A stretch of 64,000 nt of DNA from Alphaproteobacteria bacterium. Its GTDB lineage: Bacteria; Pseudomonadota; Alphaproteobacteria; UBA8366. A program made the position numbers and the translations under genes. This document shows positions 40,105-46,981 of the stretch, piece after piece. Every line of letters starts with the position of its first letter. Position 1 is the first letter of the stretch. Below the pieces are notes generated by a model, which ran no database searches, was not told the origin of the DNA, and saw only the letters and a program-made list of their open reading frames with translations. The DNA lies in assembly GCA_049601975.1 (NCBI GenBank), contig JBMYRC010000001.1, positions 18,041-82,040 on the forward strand, given 5' to 3'.

Positions 40105-41490
40105 TTAAGCATCTTCCATCGCCGCTAATTCGCCGAGCGTCACGGGCTTGATCGGCGGGCGTAGGCGGTAATAGCCAATCTCTTCGATTGGCTTGTCGCG
40201 GGCGTCCGCGATGACTTCGGAGACAGTGAGGCCGCACATTCGACCCTGACAAGGACCCATGCCGCAGCGCGTATAGGCCTTCAGTTGATTGGGGCCAGTC
40301 GCTCCCTCCGCGACGCATTGGCGGATATCGCCGGCGGTGACTTCCTCGCACCGGCAAACCGTTGTCTCGTCCGGGGGAACCAGGATTTCCGCACTCGGGT
40401 GGTAGAGCTTGTCCAGCAGTGGGCGAATGCTGGCGAGACGGTTATGTTCACGCAGGAGCGGGCCTGCTTCGACGTCGCGGGCGATCTCATCGATCTTCCC
40501 GAACCGCTTGACGGTCTCCAATGCGGCGAGACGCCCGGCAACCTCCGCCGCTTCCGCCCCTAAAATACCGGCGCCGTCTCCCGCAATCGCCAAGGTCTCG
40601 ACGCTGGTCGTGCCCCATTCATCCGTCACCGGCCGCCAGTACCGCTGCGGCGCATACCACTCGTGATTGGCATTCACTTGGCGGCTGATCTGGACGTTCG
40701 GGATGACCCCTTGATGCAGCAATAAGGTTTTTGCCTCGACTTCGATTTCTGTTGCGTGGGCGGTGTATATTACTTTTTGCAACGTTCCGTCGCCGATCGC
40801 TCGAATATTCGAGACGGCGGATTGTATGCGGAACCCTTTTCTTCTAAGGTTCTGCATCAACCGCGCACCCTTTGAGAGGTACTCGTTGGCTCTCAAGGCA
40901 GCGGGCGCATGGGGAACGGCGGCGAGATAATCGCGGAACCTGGTCGTCTCCAGAATGGCCGCGATTTCGGTCCCAGCTTTGAACAATTGGTTGGCGACGA
41001 GGTAGAGCAACGGGCCATTTCCGGCGATCACGGTCGGGCCGTCCGGCACCATACTGGCCGTTTTCATCAGAATTTGTGCGGCCCCGGCTGCCATAACGCC
41101 CGACAGCGTCCAGCCTGGGATCGGAACCGGGCGTTCAATAGCGCCCGTGGCGGCAATAATCCGCCGTGCCTTCAGGATGCGTGCCGTCGTACCGTCGGTC
41201 CATGCCAAGCTACCATCCGGATCGACGCGCCAGACCGTAGCGCTTGGGCGATAGTCCGCAGATGACTTGCGGAAGGCCTCGGCGATGGTGCCGCCTTTCA
41301 GATAATCTTCCCCCAAGGTGTCGCCCATGGTCGCTCTATCAACACCTTCAATATTGCGAAAAACCTGGCCACCTGGGGCGGGTTGTTCGTCGAACAGAAC
41401 TACGGAAAGGCCGTGCTCCGAAGCGGTGGTCGCAGCGGCGAGGCCGGCTGGCCCGGCGCCGATGACGGCCAGGTCGATGGATTCGCTCAT
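40105..41490 (-). CDS. NAD(P)/FAD-dependent oxidoreductase with a BFD-like [2Fe-2S] domain (HcnB/OoxA-like subunit)
   Basis: Dinucleotide fold DLAVIGAGPAGLAAA and a C-terminal CRCEEVT...CGMGPCQGRMC BFD-like cluster motif. Confidence 0.8.
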   Translation of the reverse strand: MSESIDLAVIGAGPAGLAAATTASEHGLSVVLFDEQPAPGGQVFRNIEGVDRATMGDTLGEDYLKGGTIAEAFRKSSADYRPSATVWRVDPDGSLAWTDGTTARILKARRIIAATGAIERPVPIPGWTLSGVMAAGAAQILMKTASMVPDGPTVIAGNGPLLYLVANQLFKAGTEIAAILETTRFRDYLAAVPHAPAALRANEYLSKGARLMQNLRRKGFRIQSAVSNIRAIGDGTLQKVIYTAHATEIEVEAKTLLLHQGVIPNVQISRQVNANHEWYAPQRYWRPVTDEWGTTSVETLAIAGDGAGILGAEAAEVAGRLAALETVKRFGKIDEIARDVEAGPLLREHNRLASIRPLLDKLYHPSAEILVPPDETTVCRCEEVTAGDIRQCVAEGATGPNQLKAYTRCGMGPCQGRMCGLTVSEVIADARDKPIEEIGYYRLRPPIKPVTLGELAAMEDA

Positions 41491-41783
41491 TCTGGCATCT
41501 CCCGCTTACCCATTTGCCGCTTCACAATCATGCCATCCGCCACAGTTGTCATGCAGGCTTGCCGGTTTTGAACGCCGTCGATTTCCATCGAGCATTCGAA
41601 ACAGGTGCCCATCATGCAATATGGCGCTCGTTTGTCGCCACTCACGACCGTTGTCCGGGTGTATCCGGGGGTGGCCGCGAGTATGGCGGCGGCCACTGTT
41701 TCATTGGCAGGCACTTGCAAGCGTTGACCTTCGAAGTGAATGGCGACCATGCCGCCTTTCGGATCAGTGATGCGCCGGTACAT
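41487..41783 (-). CDS. (2Fe-2S)-binding small subunit (HcnA-like)
   Basis: The track ORF extends to 41918 but overlaps the upstream gene. ATG 41783 (or 41750) gives a ~90-98 aa protein with the YCMMGTCFEC...AC cysteine pattern. Confidence 0.7.
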   Translation of the reverse strand: MYRRITDPKGGMVAIHFEGQRLQVPANETVAAAILAATPGYTRTTVVSGDKRAPYCMMGTCFECSMEIDGVQNRQACMTTVADGMIVKRQMGKREMPE

Positions 41784-42909
41784 GGCTGCCTTCCGTTTTA
41801 AAACGTTTCGCGCTGAATTCCTCAAAACCGGGGGGCGTCTCTCCGGTCGCGATCCATTTCGCGGTGCGGCGCGCGTTGACCGCTGCCAAAGTGACACCGC
41901 TGTGTGAGGTCGCCACATAAGCTCCTGGATATTGTTCCGATTCGTCGTAGATCGCGCATTTGTCTGGGGTTAGTACGCGGATACAGCCCCAAGTGCGGAT
42001 GAGCCTCAACCCCGCCAGTTGCGGGAAGATCGTGACGGCGCGGCGCGCCATGGCTTGGCCGGCGTCCAAGGTTGTGCCGTCGTTGAAATCGACCTCTTCT
42101 TCGGTATTGCCGATTTGCACCGTGCCCTCGTCAGTTTGCCGCACCGAGCTGAGCGCCATGGCGAGCACAGGCTCCGCTCGCTCCGTGACCAATATCTGAC
42201 CCCTTTGCGGTACGATGGGCGTGTCGAGCCCGACCATGGGGGCCAGTTTGGTGATGCCGTGACCGCAGGCCAACACGATCTTGGGCGCAGTGAAACTGCC
42301 ATTTTTAGTCTCTGCGATGAATGCGCTGCCGTCATGGCGGATATTCTCGACCCGGCAGTCGGAGCGATAGCGCCCACCTATGTGTTGGAAACTTCCATTG
42401 ATGGCGCGCAGAAGCTTAAGCGGATTGACGTCGCCGTCATGTTTGGAGAATGAAGCAGCAACCACGTCATCACCCAGGCGGACACCGGGGAGCATCTTCT
42501 CGATCTCTTCGCGCTCAATGATCTCGCACTCGAAGCCGTCGACACCGGCCTGTTGGCGCATCATATCCATCTCGCGCCGGCGCTGTTCGCGCTCGTCCTC
42601 GCCAAGTAGTAAATGCATGCCACCGTCATTGCGATGGGCGATGTCAGCGCCGCTGCCCTCTTTCAATTCGGCGGCAAAATCCGCAAATAGATGCGCCGAC
42701 TCGCGGCTCCAGGCGTGATAGCGATGCATCCCCACGCCCTTGGATTGCACCCAAACCAGGCCGAAGTTGCCCCGTGCGGCGCGCAATACGTCATCGCCAT
42801 CGTCTAAAACAACGGTGTCTAAACCCTGTTGGCGAAGTCCGTAAGCGGTTGCTGGGCCAAATAACCCACCGCCCACCACAATTACGTCAGATGTTTCCAT
42901 CGTGTTCAC
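41764..42909 (-). CDS. FAD-dependent oxidoreductase (DAO family; HcnC/OoxB-like subunit)
   Basis: DVIVVGGGLFGPATAYGL GxGxxG motif and a DadA/sarcosine-oxidase-beta-like body. Confidence 0.8.
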   Translation of the reverse strand: MNTMETSDVIVVGGGLFGPATAYGLRQQGLDTVVLDDGDDVLRAARGNFGLVWVQSKGVGMHRYHAWSRESAHLFADFAAELKEGSGADIAHRNDGGMHLLLGEDEREQRRREMDMMRQQAGVDGFECEIIEREEIEKMLPGVRLGDDVVAASFSKHDGDVNPLKLLRAINGSFQHIGGRYRSDCRVENIRHDGSAFIAETKNGSFTAPKIVLACGHGITKLAPMVGLDTPIVPQRGQILVTERAEPVLAMALSSVRQTDEGTVQIGNTEEEVDFNDGTTLDAGQAMARRAVTIFPQLAGLRLIRTWGCIRVLTPDKCAIYDESEQYPGAYVATSHSGVTLAAVNARRTAKWIATGETPPGFEEFSAKRFKTEGSHVPAHH

Positions 42910-43036
42910 CCATTCTAGCGAAAAATTCGTTCGAAACCGTTCGCGAAGGCGCTATTTGACCTTTTGGTGTGTTGTGTTGCAATGATTTGTGACAAAAACA
43001 CCGCTGATTTTTTATTAAGCTAGTGAATTCCAAGCC

Positions 43037-44494
43037 ATGAGCGAACAGACCGAGCCGATGCTGACACCTTCTGACGGACTTATAATCGTTGCGAAACGCG
43101 ACTGTCCGACCTGTACGATGCTGGAGCCGGTCTACGCGGCGCTCTCCGCGGGCGATGGTGGGTTGACCGTTTATACTCAGGATGACCCTGGCTTCCCGGA
43201 GAGCGTCCCCGCGGTCTATGACAGCGATCTGAAGGTTTCGTATCACCTTGATATCGAAACCGTTCCAACCTTGATCCGTGTCGAAGGCGGTGAGGAGAAA
43301 GGGCGGGCTATTGGCTGGAACCGTGGCGAATGGGAAGCGTTGGCCGAGGCAGAGGGGCTGGGCGCAGGCCTGCCCGAGAACCAGCCGGGATGCGGGTCGA
43401 AGAGTGCTGATCCCGGCATGCCAGAAATCCTTGCGGTTCGGTTCGGCGATGCGCCGTTGAAGGCCCGTCAGATCGAGGTCGGTGGCTTCGATGATGAGAT
43501 TGAGGCGTGTTACGACCGTGGATGGTCGGATGGTCTGCCGATTGTGCCACCGACGCCAGTACGGGTAATGCGCATGCTGCAAGGGACGACCCGCGATCCG
43601 CAGGAAATTGTTGGTCAAATCCCGCCGAACCTAGCGGAATGCTCAGTTGAGAAAGTTGCGATCAACGCGGTGATGGCCGGATGTAAGCCGGAATACCTGC
43701 CGGTGGTCTTGGCGGCCGTGGAGGCGGCGCTCGATCCAAAATTCGCCATGCACGGCGTGTTGTGTACGACGCATTTCGTCGGACCCATTTTGGTGGTGAA
43801 CGGCCCAATTGCGAAACGCATCGGTATGAATAGTGGCGTCAATGCGTTGGGCCAAGGGAATCGCGCGAATTCTACCATCGGCCGGGCACTACAATTGGTG
43901 ATCCGCAATGTGGGCGGCGGCAGACCCGGCGAGATCGACCGTGCGACCATTGGTAACCCCGGCAAGATAGGGCTCTGTTTTGCCGAAGACGAAAGCAATC
44001 CGATCTGGAAACCGTTCGCGGAAGATCGTGGGGTCGAGGCCGGAAAATCGGCGGTGACGATATATGCCGGTGAAGGGCAGCTGGGGAATTTCGACCAGGC
44101 ATCTCGTGAGCCGGAATCATTGACCCGCTCGCTCGGCCTGTCGATCCGGGCTATTGGACATCCAAAGCGCGCGCCCGGCCACGACGTCTTGATCGTGATG
44201 GGCCCCGAACATCTGCGGGTCTATGACCGAGCGGGATGGACGAAAGAGCGCCTTATGCAGGAGTTTGAGGAAGTGCTAACCTTTCCGGCCGATGAGATCA
44301 TTCGGGGTGCCGGTGGCATCGCCGAGGGTATCCCGGAAAGCATGGCCGGTGAGATGATAAAGAAAGTAAGGCCCGGTGGCCTCAATATCGTTCGGGCTGG
44401 TGGCGAAGCCGGTCTGATGTCCGCCCTGATCGGCGGATGGGCCGCGAGTGGAGAACGTGGAAGTGATTTGGTAACCAAGGAGATCGGTACATGA
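43037..44494 (+). CDS. Thioredoxin-fold (CPTC) N-terminal domain fused to an uncharacterised ~330-aa domain
   Basis: IIVAKRDCPTCTMLEPV...IETVPTLI is Trx-like with a CxxC motif. I do not recognise the remainder (GWSDGLPIVPPTP...AINAVMAGC...LCTTHFVGP...). The stop overlaps the next start (ATGA). Confidence 0.6.
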   Translation: MSEQTEPMLTPSDGLIIVAKRDCPTCTMLEPVYAALSAGDGGLTVYTQDDPGFPESVPAVYDSDLKVSYHLDIETVPTLIRVEGGEEKGRAIGWNRGEWEALAEAEGLGAGLPENQPGCGSKSADPGMPEILAVRFGDAPLKARQIEVGGFDDEIEACYDRGWSDGLPIVPPTPVRVMRMLQGTTRDPQEIVGQIPPNLAECSVEKVAINAVMAGCKPEYLPVVLAAVEAALDPKFAMHGVLCTTHFVGPILVVNGPIAKRIGMNSGVNALGQGNRANSTIGRALQLVIRNVGGGRPGEIDRATIGNPGKIGLCFAEDESNPIWKPFAEDRGVEAGKSAVTIYAGEGQLGNFDQASREPESLTRSLGLSIRAIGHPKRAPGHDVLIVMGPEHLRVYDRAGWTKERLMQEFEEVLTFPADEIIRGAGGIAEGIPESMAGEMIKKVRPGGLNIVRAGGEAGLMSALIGGWAASGERGSDLVTKEIGT

Positions 44495-45018
44495 GTGAAA
44501 ATGTAACCCTTCTCGATCCGACGGCAGAGACGTCACCCGCTACGCGGGAACGTCTGGCACCGCCGGCATCGCTTGAAGGATTGACCATCGGCGTGCTCGA
44601 TATCGGTAAGGTGCGCGGCGATGTGTTCAGCAATGAAATCGCGCGTCTTTTGGGCGAAAAAGGTTTCTCGGTGAAGCAATATGCGAAACCGACCAATACT
44701 CGGACGGCGCCTGTGGATTTGGCACAAACGATTGCGACGGAATGTGATGTCGTGATCGAATCACTTAGCGATTGAGGATCCTGTACGTCGTGCAGTTTGC
44801 ATGACATTTGGGATCTCGACCAAAGAGGCATTCCAGGTGGAATGGTAGCGACGACCGCTTTTGAGCAAGCGGCGAAGGCGCAGTCGGCGGCCTTGAACTT
44901 CGATCCGGCTATTGTGTATGTACCACACCCGATTCAAGATCGGACCGATGACGAAATTAAAGCGATTGCGCGCGACGCGTTGGCGCCGGTCATGGAAATG
45001 ATCTCAGCGTCGATGTGA
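44491..45018 (+). CDS. UGSC-motif selenoprotein (in-frame UGA at codon 95 read as selenocysteine)
   Basis: Track ORFs 44491..44775 and 44797..45018 share a frame and are separated only by TGA 44773-75. The joined sequence reads ...VVIESLSD-U-GSCTSCSLHD.... A SECIS-like hairpin follows. The gene is coupled on both sides (ATGA and GTGA overlaps). Confidence 0.75.
44776..44816 (+). promoter_or_regulatory. SECIS-like recoding hairpin
   Basis: Lower stem GGAUCC (44776-81) pairs with GGAUCU (44811-16). Upper stem GUCGUGC (44787-93) pairs with GCAUGAC (44799-805). The apical loop AGUUU starts 19 nt after the UGA. Confidence 0.6.
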
Positions 45019-46037
45019 CGCGAGGACGGAGAAAAAATTTGGACGAAGAAGACGATGAACTGGAAGAACGGCTAGGCCCGGAGATTCCAGTAAATGCACG
45101 ACCAAAAGCGAGTGACTACGGGTTTGATCTTGAGGAGACTTTGTCCTCTGTGTTGTCGATCAGGACCCATATTCCGGACGACGGATTTACGGCCGACACA
45201 TTGGGGACGGAGCGAGGCGGCAATGCTGCCTTGATCAATAGCGATGGTCTGGTTTTGACTGTCGGTTATCTGGTGACTGAAGCCGAAACCATCTGGTTGT
45301 TTGACGGCCAAAACCGTGCAGTGCCGGGGCATGTCGTCGGCTACGATCAGGAAACCGGTTTCGGTCTCGTCCAAGCCTTGCAGAAACTCGACCTGCCGCC
45401 GTTTGAGCTCGGTAGTTCGGATTCCCTGCAGGTCGGTGATCCGGTCATTCTAGCAGGCTGTGGCGGCGTCAAGCACGCGGTCAGCGCCGAGGTAGTCTCG
45501 CGTCGCGAGTTTGCCGGGTATTGGGAGTACATGCTTGACAACGCGATATTCACCGCGCCACCGCATCCGCTTTGGGGTGGCTCTGCCTTGATTGGCAGTG
45601 ACGGGACGCTTCTGGGAATTGGCTCACTCTACGTGCAGCAATCCACTGATGGCAAGGAGCCGGTGGACGTTAACATGGTCGTCCCCATCGATATCCTGAA
45701 GCCGATCCTGGACGAACTTATGCGCTATGGAAAGACGAGCAAACCGCCGCGCCCGTGGCTCGGAATGTTCACCACGGAAGTGGACGGCCAGGTCATCGTT
45801 GCCGGAGTTGCGGATAACGGCCCGGCCCAACAGGCGGATGTCCAACTTGGGGATGTCGTGCTCGGTGTCGGTGGTCAGCCGGTCGACGATATGGCGCAGA
45901 TGTACCGCAAAATTTGGACGCAAGGTCCGGCTGGGGCAGAAATTCCCTTGAACTTGCAGCGATCCGGCGATGCCGTAGACGTTCACGTTCGGTCTATCAG
46001 CCGGGGGGCGCTGTTGAAGGGACCGCAACTGCATTAG
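45015..46037 (+). CDS. Trypsin-fold (S1C/HtrA-like) plus PDZ domain protein with no signal peptide; the catalytic triad appears degenerate
   Basis: HtrA-like blocks DGLVLTVGYLV and PLWGGSALIGSDGTLLGIGS, then a PDZ-like region GVADNGPAQQADVQLGDVVLGVGGQPV. The GTG start overlaps the selenoprotein stop. Confidence 0.7.
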   Translation: MTRGRRKNLDEEDDELEERLGPEIPVNARPKASDYGFDLEETLSSVLSIRTHIPDDGFTADTLGTERGGNAALINSDGLVLTVGYLVTEAETIWLFDGQNRAVPGHVVGYDQETGFGLVQALQKLDLPPFELGSSDSLQVGDPVILAGCGGVKHAVSAEVVSRREFAGYWEYMLDNAIFTAPPHPLWGGSALIGSDGTLLGIGSLYVQQSTDGKEPVDVNMVVPIDILKPILDELMRYGKTSKPPRPWLGMFTTEVDGQVIVAGVADNGPAQQADVQLGDVVLGVGGQPVDDMAQMYRKIWTQGPAGAEIPLNLQRSGDAVDVHVRSISRGALLKGPQLH

Positions 46038-46093
46038 CGACCCTTCCACCAGCTCGGGATGGTGTCATTCGGTGAATTAACGGGAGAATAGGC

Positions 46094-46975
46094 ATGGCCG
46101 AGATTGAATGCCTCGTCGAGGCGAAAGATATCCTCGGAGAAGGGGTGATTTGGCATCCGGAAGAGCGGAAGCTCTACTGGTGCGACAATTTGAAATCCAA
46201 CATCCAAACCTACGACCTGGCGACAGGCGCGCACGAGACCTTTCCGATGCCGGAGGAAGTTGGATGCATCGTCTTTCGAGAGAACCATGCCGGTATTTGC
46301 GCGGCAATGAAATCCGGCTTTGCCTTTATCCACGATCTAGCGAAGCCGAAGATCGAGTATATCGTCGACCCGGAGCCAGGACTCGATGCCAACCGTATGA
46401 ATGACGGTAAGTGCGATCGGCGCGGCCGGTTTTGGTGTGGCTCCATGGACGCGGGTCTAACGGAAGCGACCGCGAGCCTCTATCGCTTCGACCCGGATCT
46501 CAGCTGTCACAAGATGGACACTGATATTATCTGCTCCAATGGCATTGCCTGGAGCCCTGATAATTCGGTTATGTACTTCTCGGACACGCGCAAGGAATCA
46601 TTGTACGCGTATGACTACGATATCGAGACCGGCGGCATCGCTAATCGACGGGTGATTGTTGATACATCCGACAAACCTTTCCGCATCGATGGCGCGACGG
46701 TTGATTCGGAAGGTAACTACTGGTGCGCGATGGTGCATGACTGGGCCATCGGGAAATACGATCCGAACGGCACACTACTGGAACGCGTGGAGCTACCTGT
46801 ACGTCAACCGACCATGTGTACATTCGGTGGCGCTGATCTGGACGTTCTGTATGTCGTCTCGGCGACCCGGTTTTTGGAGCCCGGTGAAGCGGAAAAGCAA
46901 CCGCTGGCTGGTGCGCTCTTCGCGATCACGGGCACGGGTGCAACGGGCATCGTGGAACCGTATTTCGCGGGGTAG
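46094..46975 (+). CDS. SMP-30/gluconolactonase/LRE-family protein
   Basis: LGEGVIWHPEERKLYWCD...NDGKCDRRGRFW.G...SNGIAWSPD... six-bladed propeller motifs. Confidence 0.85.
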   Translation: MAEIECLVEAKDILGEGVIWHPEERKLYWCDNLKSNIQTYDLATGAHETFPMPEEVGCIVFRENHAGICAAMKSGFAFIHDLAKPKIEYIVDPEPGLDANRMNDGKCDRRGRFWCGSMDAGLTEATASLYRFDPDLSCHKMDTDIICSNGIAWSPDNSVMYFSDTRKESLYAYDYDIETGGIANRRVIVDTSDKPFRIDGATVDSEGNYWCAMVHDWAIGKYDPNGTLLERVELPVRQPTMCTFGGADLDVLYVVSATRFLEPGEAEKQPLAGALFAITGTGATGIVEPYFAG

Positions 46976-46981
46976 GCGACC

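Noticed and set aside
41784-41918. A 45-codon extension of the [2Fe-2S] subunit ORF.
   Set aside because: It overlaps the 3' end of the upstream FAD subunit gene and is Arg/Pro-rich. Family members are ~90-100 aa and begin near the V.I.F.G motif.
42926-42947. GTTC-N6-GTTC (TTCGTTCGAAACCGTTCGCGAA) in the divergent promoter upstream of the selenoprotein module. It resembles the alphaproteobacterial SOS box GTTC-N7-GTTC.
   Set aside because: The spacing is one base short of the consensus, and neither flanking operon is DNA-repair related. It may still be an operator for another regulator, but I have no basis to assign it.
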